Position numbers and translations under genes: made by a program
NCBI RefSeq assembly: GCF_018977255.1
Contig: NW_024705341.1
Location: 1-52,889, forward strand
Length of the DNA stretch: 52,889 nucleotides
Direction: 5' to 3'
Source of the DNA: Callorhinchus milii
Lineage: Eukaryota
Part shown: positions 22,514 to 36,774 of the stretch, piece by piece
How the letters are laid out: each line of letters begins with the position of its first letter
How positions within the stretch are numbered: the first letter of the stretch is position 1
The notes under the pieces: generated by a model
The model's database searches: none
What the model saw: only the letters and a program-made list of their open reading frames with translations
What the model was told of the DNA's origin: nothing

Positions 22514-23754
22514 ACAGGTATTATTATTTTCTAACTGATAATATAAATGATGGGGATCGTTATTCCATCGATTCCAGGAATGGGGCGAAACCCGTAGCAA
22601 GGTTTGTTACTCGACATGCCTTATAATAATCTCTCCCGAAAAAGCAAAACTAATAAAATTGGTCACTTCAATTCACGTCTGATTTTGTGATACGGCTGCG
22701 CGCAATTGGCTGCCACGTTTCTCTCACAAATATGCAGTCATTCTACTTTACAGTAAAATCTGTGAAGGGCTTTCAGACGTTCGGAAGACCTGCAACGCGC
22801 TGTATTACAATGCCAGGATTATTACTGATGTGTAATAATATTACTATGTAATAATTTAAATAATCATTCAAAATACTAATAGTAATTATTTGGTCACCTG
22901 AACCACGAATGTTTGTGAAACTACTGTACACAATTGGCTGCTGCGTTTCGCCCATAAAGTATACAGTTAGATAATGTTATTGTATTATTTGACAATCGCT
23001 TTGAGACGCCTAATAACGAGTGCATGTATTACTGTTATTCATAAACATATTATCAGATAAATATCATGCCTGTGTGTTTAGACGGACATCAGGATAATAT
23101 GACACTATTGAGAAGGAAAGCTTTCCAATTAATGTTTTCTTTTCCATAAGGTAACCACAGCATTGCCTGTCATGAATAACAGATTATGAAGAATTATTTG
23201 TGTAAGGTCGGATAATGTTAATACTTTGTATCAATATTAATTGTGATTCATCTTCCATGGATATAATTGTGGTCTTTAAATATTACAGTTTCACTTCGTC
23301 TCCGTGACGTTTTGGGGGTCAGCAAATGAGGAAACCATTCCCTGTTGCTTAGGAGTATCCAAGTCACGCAGAGAATTCCATGTATCTCACCTACACATGG
23401 AAATCCCAGAGATAGATTGCTGGAATGGAAGACGCAATCTCTCTCTTTCGCTCGCGCTCTCCCTGGAGGGACGCATCTAATTTATCTAATTCTGAACAGC
23501 ATCGTGTGGGTCGGGGTATCTGCTGGAGTATAACTACCGAGAACCCCATAGCTTGCCATTGATAATGTTGTCTGGCAATCTCGACGGCGGCTTCTCCATC
23601 TCGGGTCACCTTTTTTTAGTTAGGGCTTTGGTTTACGTGGTTATCAGGAGCTGAAGAGAGGATTCCCAGTCCGCAGTGACTGGTGAAAGCCGCTGTATTA
23701 AAAACAATTGGTTGATGTATTCAAACGCGGCTGAGATGCCAATGAGGTGACATG

Positions 23755-23893
23755 ATAGCAGACAAGGGATCGAAGACGTCAACTCTGGATATTAATGACT
23801 CGTAAGTTGAAGACAGCGCTGACTACAAATGTACAGCTCGGTAGCGCAGCTGTACCACAATGCTGTATCTGAGCCTGCGACAATGCAATCAGC
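23755..23893 (+). pseudogene. 5'-truncated NAR-TCR V fragment 3
   Basis: ..DKGSKTSTLDINDS*VEDSADYKCTAR; cacaatg (23856-62)-22-degenerate nonamer; fused directly to a truncated Va promoter. Confidence 0.85.
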
Positions 23894-24198
23894 CCCTTCA
23901 GAGAAAAATCATAGAGAATATGAATTTGTCAATGAGTTCAATGCACATCCTCATTGGAAGGTGATGTGCAATGATGTTCAATAATTGTTCTTTTTAAAAA
24001 ACGACAATTGCTAACGAATACTTTGGAAAAGTGAGTGAGTATAAATCTGAAGTAAGAACTGTTCTTAGCTTCATATAACTAGCAATGTATTGCAGAGACT
24101 GACCGCATCAAAGACCTACTTGGACAACATTCGAAATAGAACAAAACTTATATCATTCATTGATCATTTGTAAATGGCAGAAAACATTTTACAAACCT

Positions 24199-24268
24199 TT
24201 TTTTTGTTTTGACATGAAACAATGTGTTGGCTGTGGAAGGTACACTGGAAAACATCAGCAGAATACCG
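24199..24268 (+). pseudogene. NAR-TCR D segment 3 (coding 24227-24240); J and supporting V missing
   Basis: tttttttgt-12-caatgtg | ttggctgtggaagg | tacactg (heptamer C1 changed to T)-12-agaataccg. Confidence 0.85.
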
Positions 24269-25800
24269 TAGAAGTATTTGCTTGTAAATACATTTGACGT
24301 GACACTAATTACGGTGTCCTATTTTATGTTGTTCAATGTGTCGAAATTTAGTTTTCGAAATGTATTGCTTCATGGAGACATTTGTCGCAACATGTTGTTA
24401 ATGTACTCTGAGCCTCAGGTGATAGAAACCACTGGAAACCACACTACATTCTTATTTCAACCGTTGCTTTCATTCGTGCATTAAACTGTGGCACATTGGC
24501 CAATAGACGGTGACAATCTACTATTATATTGCAAGACATCAAGATGTTAAAAGTTCATGACCAGTAAATTAGCATCGTTATCAATTGCAAACTTAATTAA
24601 TATAAATGTGCAATGTCATTAATGTTTTAGTTGGAGAGAATTTGGAAGAGAAAAGATTATCTGTTGATCGGATGAGATGGATCGCTTCATCGAGGTTAAT
24701 AATTCCTCAAAAAGAATAATAATAACAATTTAGTCAATTAATCTACGACTTTTTGAGAAATTAATGTGGGCAGTTGGCTGCCACATTGCACACACAATTT
24801 CAGTAAATTTGGTATATTTTATGAAGCTCTTGGAGAAGTGTGGAAGTCCCGATGAGGCAATGCATAAAATGCAAGGATCACAATTAATATTCGACTGATA
24901 TCTGAGGTGTCTCTTTATCTACAAGTTGAATATAACATGGGATATTTTCAAAAGATAACTCAAATGAATCTTTTATTTTCCAAAAAGGAATGATAGCCAT
25001 GGCTGTCATCAATAACATTCTGGAAACAACAACAACAACAACAACAAGACTCCATTTATAAAGCGCCTTTCACGTCAGGAGGACGTCCCAAGGCGCTGCA
25101 CAGTTGGGTCATGACCCGAGCAGGGGGGAAATGGTCGCTGTGAACCATATAGCAATATTATAAGTGAAGAGTGAATGAACTTTCAAAGTCAACCTCTGCA
25201 AATCATTGTAGTGTTTTAAATATTACCGTTTCACTCTCACTCATTATGGTATTCCTTTTTGGTAACGTGCAAGGACACTGATCACGGTACGTAAGTGTCT
25301 CCAAACCTCGCCAAAATTCCAATGTATACCACCAACACATGGAAATCATAGGGAAAAATTATTGGAATGAAATGTGCAGTCTGTCCCTGGAGCAACGCAT
25401 CCGGCTTATCTACTTCCATAGATTATTAGGCTTAGGATGGAAAGATCAAGTCTCAGGGGACTACAGAGTCAGCATTGGGGTATCCCCTGGAATGTCAACC
25501 GGAAAAAAACACATAGGTTGCCATTGGAAGTACTGTCTGGCAACCGTTCCCGCTTTTTGCCCAAATGTCAGCATCCTTCCCATAAGGGCTTTGGCTTGCA
25601 GGGTTACCAGGAACTCAATGGGAGGCTTCCCTTTCCCGAGACTTGTGACTCTGTATAAAAGCCATTGGTTGCTGGTTTTGAAACGCCCCTGAGATATCAA
25701 TGAGGTGACGTGAGACTGTGGCTCAGCCATTGCCGACAATCACTGCGGGTTAACAGCAAATTGATGCCACAGACACAACCACACAGACTGAAGAGCAGCA

Positions 25801-26819
25801 ATGAGGCTGTTTGCTGTCTGTCTTGTGCTGGGAAGCTTTATGTCAGATGAGGACGTGTTGAGCTAATTCCGTATTGCTGCTGATTGTCAGCTCCATTTCT
25901 ACAACAATTGGTGGAGGGAGACCTGTCGCTCAGTGGTTAGAGCATTCGTCTCTCAAGCGAGAGGACATTACTCGGATTCCTGGGAAGGGTGCAAATGTTT
26001 GCAAGTTTCCCCAGTCCTCATACACGACTCTGTTTACCCATCAGTCATTTGGAACCACTTCGCTTTAAAAAGCTGGGCGAATAAACCTTCCAAATTAAAA
26101 TTATTTATCTTCTGAAAAGTTTGTAGAATTTTCGCGCATCTCTTTTCGACGGACAATAATACGTTATATTTTTTCAAATAGTGGTATCTTACACAATCCA
26201 CAACTCTTCTTGGGGTCCTGCTATACACACATGTTTGACGCGTTTCGCACGCGAAAATACAGAGCACTCCGCTTCACAATCTCTTCTGTGAAGCACATTG
26301 ATGAGTCTCAACGTCTCAATAAAATGCTTTGAATATTATTGTTTCAATACTAACAATCTGCGTTTTAACAGCGCCTTTCTCGTCTCGAGGACGTCCCAAG
26401 GCGATGAAAAAATAACTCAGGCAAAGAATCAATAATAAATTGTCGTACTTTTCCATATTTATTACAGATCTCTGTGACGGGGACTCTGTCAGTCAGAAAG
26501 CTGCCCCGAAGGTTAGGAAAGAAGGAGAAACTGTGACTTTTGAGTGTACTTATTCCACTTCATATAGCTCTTACAATCTCTACTGGTTCCGACATTACCC
26601 AGACAAGCAGCCGGAGTTTATAGTTGGAAGATATTCTCGGGATGACAATCAGTACAAAGGAACGGGATTTGGAAACAGTTTCTCTGCTCAACTGCAGAAA
26701 TCCAACTCATTCACCAGTTCATCCATCTCTGAGCTGGTGGTGTCTGACAGCGCTGTGTTTTACTGTGCCTTTAGTCTCACCACAGTGATAGACTGCACTG
26801 CCAGTCTCGTACAAAAACT
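25801..26819 (+). pseudogene. 'Va' copy 2 (leader 25801-25846, V 26468-26780): V exon intact, leader donor mutated
   Basis: Donor GT changed to AT at 25847; V ...FECTYS...YWFRHYP...SDSAVFYCAFSLT; cacagtg-23-acaaaaact. Confidence 0.85.
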
Positions 26820-27329
26820 TCGTATCTATGTTTGGATGAACCGTCTATTGAAGTGTGTGCGAATCTTTGATGCCCTGCGGGGAGCAAACATGTCTGCAGC
26901 CAGAGACAGAGAAAACCGCAACCATCTCACACCAACTTGTCAGCTAAACGTTCAAATCATTATCTGTCACAATAAATGCAGACAGCAATCATGTACGAGT
27001 TAGGCATTCCAGATCCAGTTGCGAATGAATAATTTTAGTTTGCAATATTATAAAACAAACCCTTGTCATAGAAATACATCCACGTGTTCTTCGCATCTTC
27101 AAAAAATTTTTTTTTTAAAAATGGTCACTCAAACCACGATTGGTTTTGAGATATTGCTGCGTTTAATTGGCTCTCGCGTTTCGCCCACAACATAGAGAGC
27201 CAATTCACTTTGTAGCTGATTCTGTGATTTGCGATGAGTCGTTTCGAATACCTGATGTGGCGCTGTATCAATTGCAAGGATTATTATTGTTGATATTATT
27301 ATTATTATTTGGTGTATGGGAAGCAGAGC

Positions 27330-27390
27330 TTCAATATCTGTGCCGTCACAGTTATTGACGGAGGGGTGTTTTGCTGTATTCGAAGCGTTA
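27330..27390 (+). pseudogene. 'Vy' FR3 remnant
   Basis: FNICAVTVIDGGVFCCIRS with the same 3' flank as the 9068 copy. Confidence 0.5.
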
Positions 27391-28347
27391 GATGATAATA
27401 GCCACTGGAAAATGCAACACAATATTATAACAAGCATTGCTTTACTTCAAGTTCTGCATAAACCTTGAAGCAACGCCAAACTGTGGCACATTGACCAATA
27501 GTGTGCGAAATCTAATATTATTTACAAAATCATCAAAGATGATCAATTTTTTTGCCAAATAAATTAATGAATTTTTAAATTGAATCCGTAATTTACATTA
27601 AGAGGCAAAGTCATTTATAGTTTAAATCGAGAGAATTTGGACGGGGAAAAAATGTTACCCTACGGATGAGATGGAAACTTTTTCCGTGGGCTATAATTCT
27701 TTCAAAAATAACAATAATAATAATTTGATCACTTGACCCATGACTATATTTGAAGGAACTGAGCGAAATTTCACTGCGTTCCACCCACAAAATATACAGT
27801 TCATATGGAGGCGGGGGCAGCAAATGAGGAAAACCATCAACGTGCTAAAGTGTCTCCAAACCAAGTTGAAATTTCCATGTAACTCTCCAAGCATCGAAAT
27901 CCCATAGATATATTATTGAAACGTCATTTGCAGTCTCTCTCTGGAGGCACGATTCAGCTCATTTATTTCCACAGAGTATTAGGCACAGTTTGGCAAGAGT
28001 CAAAATTTGGTGACCCCAGAGGCAGCAATGGCGTTGTTGCTGGAGTCTATCCAGCTAAACACACATAGCTTGACATTTAAAGTGCTGTCTGTTAAGCATT
28101 ACAGCTGTTTCTCCAGCGGTCAACACAGGGCTTCGGCTCGAGCGGTAATCAGGAGCTGAGTGAATGGATTCACTGTCCACAATGACGAGTGAAAGCCGCG
28201 GTATAAAAGTAATTGGTTGTTGTGTTGAGACGCGACTGAGATGTCAATGAGGTGACGTGAGACTGTGGCTCCGCCAATGCCGACAATCACTGCGGGTTAT
28301 CAGCAAACTGACGGCACAGACACAACCACACAGACTGAGGAGCAGCA

Positions 28348-29306
28348 ATGAGGCTGTTTGCTATCTGTCTGGTGCTGGGAACCTTTATGTCAGGTGAGGT
28401 CGTGTTGAGCTATCTCAGTGTTCCTGCTGATTTTCAGCTCCATTTCAACAACAATTTGTGGAGGTAGATCTGTAGTTAAGCCGTTTGTGCACTTGCGTCT
28501 CAAGTGACAGGATCTGGGTTCGATTCCCGGACTGGACAGGACGAAAACATAGGCAAGTTTCCTTATAATACTTACACGCCTCTGCGTTTAACCGCTATAA
28601 GAATAACACTGTTTGCTCATCACCAGGTTTAACATAAGCGGTAATAATATCAACTAAATAATAATAATCTACCAAATCTTATTAGCGGATTGGCGGATCT
28701 CTTTTCCGGGACAAGAATACATTCAAAATTAAATTAATAAATTGACAACTCATTCCTCGAATAAATGTGTGACATTGCTGTACGCAATTGTGATAATCTG
28801 TTATGTAAATTACACTGATTATTATTGTTCCGTTATTGACAAATACGATATGTTTAGCGCCTTTCTCATCAGCATAACGTCCCGAGCCGCCGAAAGAAAT
28901 AATTGAGAAAAATAGCGATTAACATACTGTCGTTTTCTTCCATGTTTATTACAGAACTCTGCGATGGGGACACTGTCAGTCAGAAAGTTGCCCCGATAGT
29001 TAGGAAAGAAACAGAAACTGCGACTTTTGAGTGTACATTTCACACGACTGAAAGCAACTACCTTCTCTTATGGTACCGACATTACCGAGAAAGGCACCCA
29101 GAGTTTATAGTTGTGAGATATTCTTGGTTAGACGATCAAAACAAAGGAACAGGATTTGGAAATCGTTTCTCTGCTCAACTATACAAATCCAGTTCCTTTA
29201 CCAGTTTATCCATCTCTGAGCTGGAGGTGTCTGACAGCGCTGTGTATTACTGTGCCTTTAGTCTCACCACAGTGATAGACTGCACTGCAAGTCTCGTACA
29301 AAAACT
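28348..29306 (+). CDS. 'Va' copy 3, apparently functional (leader 28348-28393, V 28955-29267, RSS 29268-29306)
   Basis: MRLFAICLVLGTFMS; canonical C, W, C (FECTF...LWYRHY...SDSAVYYCAFSLT); cacagtg-23-acaaaaact. Confidence 0.92.
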
Positions 29307-29803
29307 GCCTTCACTTTGTACATCTGTCTGTTGAAGTGTGTGCGGAAAATTGGTCAGGCTTTGAGGCCCTGCGTGGAGCAGACATGTCTGTAGCCAGTCT
29401 CAGAGGAAACCACATTCACCTCACATCAATTTGTTAGCTAAAGGTCCGCATACTATCTGTCACAATTAACGCAGACAACAATTAGTGAACGAGTTCGGCA
29501 TTACAGGTCCAGTTTGTATTGAATTGCTTCAGCTTGCAAGTATAATAAAAACAATTGTTTTTTATGACAGTAATTCCATTTTCGTGAAACCTTTACATCT
29601 ATTTAGAAAAGTTGATCACTCAATCCACGACCGTTTGTGGGACACTGCTCTGCTCAGTTGGCTGTCACCTCTCGTTCCCGAAATACACAGTCAAATCACT
29701 TTACAGTTTATTCTGTTAATTGCGCTGGGGTCGTCTCTAAGGCGTGATGAGACGCAATATCAAATGCAAGAATTATTATTAATCAATATGTGGGAGGCGG
29801 GGC

Positions 29804-29862
29804 TTCAGTATCTCTGGTGTCAGTGACTGACAAGGCGGGGCGTTACTGTACTCTGTGCTTCA
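29804..29862 (+). pseudogene. 'Vy' FR3 remnant (frameshifted)
   Basis: ttcagtatctctggt...gtgactgac...cgttactgtactctg matches the other Vy copies. Confidence 0.5.
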
Positions 29863-30693
29863 GGTGTTACAAGCCACTGGAAAAACAACACATTAGTGTT
29901 TCATTCATTGCATACACTCAAATTTGGCAACTAACATTAAGGCAGAGCTGAACTCTGTCAGCTAACCAATAGAGTCTAGTATGTTTCAAGGTGTGATTTT
30001 GAAATGTACATATGGAAATCCCAGAGACAAAATTTTGAAATGGATCGCACACACACACTGGAGGGCAATAGGCGCAGGTCGGACAGAGACAAGGGCAGGG
30101 CGAAACCATGGGCAAGTTTCCTTACTCCACACGCCTAATAATAATCCCTCCAAAACCAAAAGCAATAATAATTTGGTAATTTTCAATCTACGAATGTTTG
30201 TGGGACATTGCTGTGCGCAATTGGCTGCCGCGTTCGCCCACAAATATATCGTCAATTCGCTTTACGGTATATTCTGTGAAGCGCTTTGGGAAGTCCTCAG
30301 GACGAGAAAAGCACTATATCAAATGCAAGGATTATTATTATTACTATTATTAATGTTTAACGCCCTCAGAGAGTGTGTTTGTGTATCTGCCGGAGCTTAA
30401 ATAGCTAAAATCAAATGGGTTGCCATTCACATTGCTATCTAGTTTTGTTCAGCTGTCAGCATCCTTCCCGCCAGAGCTTTGGGTGGTAGAATAATCGGTT
30501 GCTGAGTGGGACGATTCCCAGTCCCCAGAGACAGGTGAAAGCTGCTGTATAAAAGCAATTGGTTGTTGTATTGAAACGCGGCTGAGATGCCAATGAGGTG
30601 ACGTGAGACTGTGGCTCCGCCAATGCCGACAATCACTGCGGGTTATCAGCAAACTGATGGCACAGACACTGCCACGCAGACTGAAGAGCAGCA

Positions 30694-31495
30694 ATGAGGC
30701 TGTTTGCTGTCTGTCTGGTGCTGGGAACCTTCATGTCAGGTGAGGCCGTGTTGAGCTGATTCAGTGATGCTGCTGACACACGAACGCGTCTTTTTGCACA
30801 GTAGTCAGCTGGAACCCAGTCGGCATTTAATCACGGTTGAACCCGTCGGTAATAATCCCATAAATAATAATGTGTTCATTCAATGGACGACTGTTTGAGA
30901 AACACTGTTGTGTGCAATTCACAGATGCGTTTCGCCCTGGAAAATACACAGCAATTAACGTAAGAAGACTCATAGACGTGACAATGTGTTACATAAATTA
31001 TATGGATGATTATTATTTGATTAGTAACAAAACGTATAGCGCCTATCGCGTCAGCAGGATGATGTCCCAAGGTGGCGTAAAATAATTCAGGCAAATAGTG
31101 AATAATGCATTGTCGTGATCTTTAATGTCTAATACAGATCTCTGTGGTGGGGACTCTGTCAGTCAGAAGGATGCACTGATGCTGAAGACAGAAAGAGAAA
31201 CGGTGACGTTTGAATGTAGCTATTCCACGACTGAAAGATATTACTACCTGTTCTGGTACCGACATTACCCATGCAAACAGCCAGAGTTCATACTGCGAAG
31301 GGATTCATATGACAATCAGGAAAGAAAAGGAGAAGGAATTGGAATTCGATTCTCTTCTCGGCTTCTCACTTCCCAATCTGCCACCAGATTATCCATCTTT
31401 GAGCTGCTGGTGTCTGACAGCGCTGTGTATCTCTGTGCTCTCTCTCCTGATGTACTCACAATGATCGGAACCAGGCACAGGCTCGTACAATAACT
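30694..31495 (+). CDS. 'Va' copy 4, apparently functional (leader 30694-30739, V 31138-31456, RSS 31457-31495)
   Basis: MRLFAVCLVLGTFMS; FECSYS...FWYRHYPCKQP...SDSAVYLCALSPDVL; cacaatg-23-acaataact. Confidence 0.9.
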
Positions 31496-31719
31496 ACCCT
31501 GGGTGTGTGAGCTTGGTCTATCCATCTGACCTCTTTTTATATATTCAGAGTCAGGCTTTGTGTGCAACTTGTTTGAGGGAAAACCACATTCACCACAAGT
31601 GAATCTGTCTGCTGAAGATCCTCGTAATTATTTTTCTCAATAACTTCAGAATGTAAAATAAACATTCAGTTTGCTGCAACAGTCCACGTAATATAAGTGA
31701 ATCATTGAAGGTGGCAGGA

Positions 31720-32380
31720 CAGATGGATAAAGCTATCTAAAAAATCACACGGGAGATATTAGGCTTTATACATACGGGAATAGAGTACAAAATCAGAAAG
31801 TTATGACGAACGTTTATAAAACACTATTTAAGCCTCAGCTGGAGACTTGTGCTCAGACTGGGCCCCACACTTAAGACGGATGTCAATGCATTGGAGATGG
31901 TGCAAAGTAGATTTACCAGGACGGTACCAGGAATGAGGGTCTTCAGTTGTCAGGAGAGGCTTGAGAAGCTAGCATTACTCTCCTTGGAGCAGAGCGTGTA
32001 AGAGGAGACGTGAAAGATTATTTCAAAATGATAAAAGGCTTCATTAGGTTTAACAAGCAGAAACTATTTCCAAAAGCGGGTTGGTCTGTAATCCGAGTAC
32101 ACCGATTTAAAACAGTTGCTAAAGAAATAGAGGTTAGGCAAGTGGAAATGTTTTTTCCCAAAGCTATTTGTTTGGATTTGGGATGCATTGCCTGAGAGGG
32201 TGTTGGCAGCTGATTTGATAACAACTTGTAAGAGAGAGGTAGATAATTATTTGGAGATGACTAGTTTTCAGACTAATAGCAAACGTGCGGGGGAGGTGTT
32301 TGAATTGAGAACCTGTTATCAAAGAGCCGGAACAGAAACGATGGGCCGAATGGCCTAATTTTGTTCCGCATAATTCTATG
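31720..32380 (+). mobile_element. CR1 LINE 3' fragment
   Basis: Decayed YKTL..PQLE.C.Q.W.PH...DV.ALE.VQ.RFTR..PG...ERLEKL.L.SLEQ...RGD pattern of the CR1 ORF2 C-terminus plus 3'UTR. Confidence 0.8.
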
Positions 32381-35300
32381 ATTTCATCATTTCCATTTAT
32401 TTGCTGTATTATGCAAATGCAGCGATACAAAACATTTTGTAACAGTGCCTGTTTGACTCTGAGGAAGAAAGGAGAATAGATACAAACTGCAATTTCCACA
32501 TTTACCGACGAAATCTACAGAAAATTAGCGTTGCAGTGTATTCGGTGAAGGCGTTAGTCATCTAGAAGACGTTTTAAGGCGCCACATCCAATGCAAGGAT
32601 TATTATATTTTTATAACAGTTACCCTGTCAAGTCTTTTGAGACATTTTAGATATAATAATAATTCTTGCGTTTCATATGGAAACATACCAATGCTTCAAT
32701 GCGACTACATCTCTGAACGTCAACCCCCAAAGGGAAGATAAAGGGATTAAGATCAGCACACATGTTGATCCTGACAGTTGACCTATTTGATAAATTGTGA
32801 AAATTGTGAAACTGCTGCTGTGTCTATCAAAGGAAACACTGATTAGTTTCCAAACACAAAAAAAGATTCAGTGGTATCACAGTGAAAGAAATATTTGTAA
32901 ATCGTGGAAGAAATAATATTAAACTGCACATTTGATGAAGCGCAAAATATTTGAGGAACTGCAAAATGTATGCATGTTCCTCACCAGCTGTCCATGAGAC
33001 CAAATAAATATTTCACCTTGATGTCTGTTTCTGCAAACATGTGCACCGTATGTTGTAAAACATTCTCACAAACGTTTGCACAGTCACTTACTTCACTGTC
33101 GTTTGGGGTCATCCTGTTTTCTATTACACAGTGCAGCCCATGGACATGATTAATTGTTTCCAAAGCAAGCTGAGATATCCAATCATCCCACCTACACGTG
33201 GAAATTGCAGAGACAGTAAGAATAGTAGTTGGAATAGAAGGCCTACACTCTCCCTGAGAGAGATGCCAAATTCCAGAAAATATTAGGCACAGTTTCTCGA
33301 GATCCGAGACTGGATCAAATCCAGATTGTGCTGCTTGAGTATCGGCTGGAGACTAAGCATCTAAAACGGCACAGCTTGGCCTTGATATTGCTATATGGCA
33401 AGCTTTCTCACAGCTTCTCCAGCAAGTGTCTAGCTGTTCGTTTTTTTGGCTGCAGGGTTAACAGGAGATGAGTGAGAGATTTCCCTACGCCTAGTGACTG
33501 GTCGGCCATTCCATTTCTTGCAGTTGAACCAGGATGGGCTGTGCTGCCATGAGCATTGAGTGCCTGGAATACTGTGGACCCCTCTGGCTCATGAACCGGA
33601 CTAGAAACCATCAAAGACGTTTGCTCGATCCAAATATTCCTATTGCAAAATGTGTCACATTCGGGCCATTTTAGCTTCAAGCAGAACCCCCTTGCAAACT
33701 TACCAACTTTGCCGCTTACACTTCAAAGCAAAGACTATGTTATATTGGTATAGCAATTTTTACTTCGGGAAGATGTCCCAATGCTTTGGATAGTCGAGCT
33801 TTGTAACCGAGATTTGGAGAACGTGTGGGTGGGGGGTATTGAAGCAAGTGTTTAGAGATGGTTGGGATGGGAGTTTGGTGTGGGGGGATGTTAAGTGGGA
33901 TTGGACGCTGCGGTGTTGAGTTCTTGGGGGGCGGAACTGAGTGAAAGAAGATATTAGGCGTTGGGAAAGGGTTGTTCAAGAGGAATGTGTTGAGATGGAG
34001 GTTCTTTATCCGAGAGGAATATTAATGTTATACGACTTGTACTGCCTGCACTGTATACACGGGTAAATCTTAACCAATTTGCATGATTCATAAATCAACT
34101 CATCCCGAGACCACACATACACTGTCATTCTCGTGAAACACCGTTAGATGCCGCCATATAGCAATACAATAAAAGTGGCTGTTGCAAAGCAGCTTGCGCA
34201 TCCGGAGAAACCCTCACCAGCGCTTAGCATTGTAGTAATGTGTTGTCCTGTAGTTTAGAGTTCAGAGTACTGGTGCCGCAAGCGAAATGACCTGGGTTTG
34301 GCCCATGGAGCGAATAAAACTTAGACAATTTCCTACACCGTACGCCTTCCTTTTGTAAGCAGTGAGTCGGAAGCCGATTGACTATCCATTCTCGGATGGG
34401 TTTCTGCAACAACAACAACAACAAGATTCCATTTATTGAGCGTCTTTCCCGTCGGGAGGACGTCCCAAGGCACTGCAGTAAACTATGGACACAACATTTA
34501 AATAGACAAGCAAGTACATCAATTTGTAAGTAAATAAAGAAATACATGAATACATACAAACATGAGTAAGATAGTAATTCGGTCAAATTATTCACCTCCG
34601 TTTGTGGGAAACTGTTGATTCCAATTTTGCTCACAATGTATAGACAACCCACTTTACAACGTATTTTTTGAAGCGCTTTGAGACGTGATAAGTGTCCATG
34701 TGAAATGTAAAGATTAATATGATTAGCTGCATAACCCTGGCTCCAGCATCTTCATATTGTCACCTCACCCTCACACATAGACCCAAATTGCATAGACTTT
34801 CAGGATGGACACAACCAACCCCCCCACCCCCCCACCCCCAGTTCATCATGGTTGCATGCGAGAGGCCTGGGTTCGTTGTGCAAGTTTACTTACTCTACAC
34901 ACAAAGAGAAACACGGACACACACATACATGCATACATACATACATACATAGATATGCCTGATAATAATCCCTCAAGAAATAAAACTCAATAATAAATTG
35001 GTTACTTGAATCCACGACTGTTTGTGCGGACACCGCTTGGCGCAATTCGCTGCCGCTTTTCGCCCACAACCAAACAGTTACTACACTCCACGGGATATCC
35101 TGTGAAGCGCTTTGAGATATTCAGAACATGTGGAAAACTTTATACTAAATACAAGCAATATTATTTTTATTAACAGTCAAAAATAAATAAGATAATCCTT
35201 GCATCTGATATAAGACCTTCTGATGTCGTTACGACGTCTCAAGGGAGGAAAGAAACTGGTAATATTTTAGATAATTCTGTTATGCACGAATGATCAGCTC

Positions 35301-35644
35301 CACCTAGCACGTCCTCAATCATCTCGATCTCCAACACAAATGCCGATCGTAAAGAAGATTGTTTCATTTCGAAACAGACAACATAATAATGATGATTGTT
35401 ACATTTTATATCGCACCTCGTTACATCATGGAGACGTCTCAAAGCGCTGCGCACGATATACTGTCAAGTGCAGTCACAGTGCATTTTTTTGGCGATACTT
35501 GGAAGATAGTCTCAAATTCACAATCCACAAACAGTCGTGGATATAGTGAGCAAATTATTATTATTATTTTGAAGGGCTTCTTGTCTCTGGAAAGCGATCA
35601 GCCAGTCGATAAAAACGCGGAGACCTATCTACTGCTCGGTAAAC

Positions 35645-36075
35645 AGAGGTGTGTGTGTTTGTGTGTCTTTGTCGGTCTGTGGGTGTGTATCTGTGTGTGT
35701 GTGTAACTCTCCGTCTGTGCATGTGTGTCTGTGTGTGTGCGTGTGTGTGTATATGCGTGTGATGGGAGTGGCGATGGGGGTGCAAAGAAACTTGTCATAA
35801 GTTTCAAAGACAGACAGACACAGACAGACAGAGACACAGACATAGAGACAGCCACAAAAACAGAGAGATAGATAAAAAGACAGACAGACACACAGAAACA
35901 GAGTTAGATAGACAGACAGACTTACACACAGAAAAGAGATAGATAGACAGACAGACTTACACACAGAAACAGAGATATATTGAAGGCAGACTTACACACA
36001 GAAACAGAGACAGACAGAATTACACACAGAAAAAGAGACAGACCGAGAGACAGACTGACAGACAGACAGACAAAG
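35645..36075. repeat. Compound (TG)n then (GACA)/(CA) repeat with recurring gacttacacacagaaa units
   Basis: Directly visible. Confidence 0.9.
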
Positions 36076-36774
36076 AGCTCGATAAAAAGCCAGGCTTAGA
36101 CACAAACAAATAATGCTGCTTGGATGTAATACAGCACATGTTCTGGCCATTGAGGCGCGTTAAAATGCATCAAAGGATATCATGTAAAGTATACACCATG
36201 CTGGCTCTCTCCTCTTCCTGCTCTACGTCCCCCTGCAGCACCCAATCCCTGTATCACACTCTCTAAACTCAAATACTCCAACTACTGCCCCAACATATGC
36301 ACTCCACCCTAAATTTTCCCTCCTCGCTGCCTGGCACGGCCTCCTCACCCAGACTGCGAGTCACTTTATTTTTATTTATGTTTCATTCGCGACTCTCAGT
36401 AAAGTCACTCTCCACATCTTACAATCTTTTCCCAGTCGCAGAGTCTGTTTATACTTCCTGAAATTGGTGTTTCGTCATTTGTCCATTTAATCCCAACTGA
36501 GTTACACTCAAATCCCACACTTCTGCAACCTGCTCTGGGGCAAAGTTTGTTTGGTTCCTTTAGTTTCAGTTAGTTTTAGTTCCTTACCTCAAGTAGAGTG
36601 AACCCCCAACCGAATCAAACGCCGCCCACCCCTCAAAGCCGCTGACACCAGCCATGATGTGACGCTGTTCATCACAAATGAACCTCATCTCAAACACTCT
36701 AACAGCACAGCCCTGTGTTACTCACAATCACTCTGAGGTGTCCGGGGCTGACGGTATCTCCCAGCTGTGAGAGG

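Noticed and set aside
35564-35964. Cys/Val- or His/Thr-rich ORFs (also 1732-2034)
   Set aside because: Translations of dinucleotide microsatellites.
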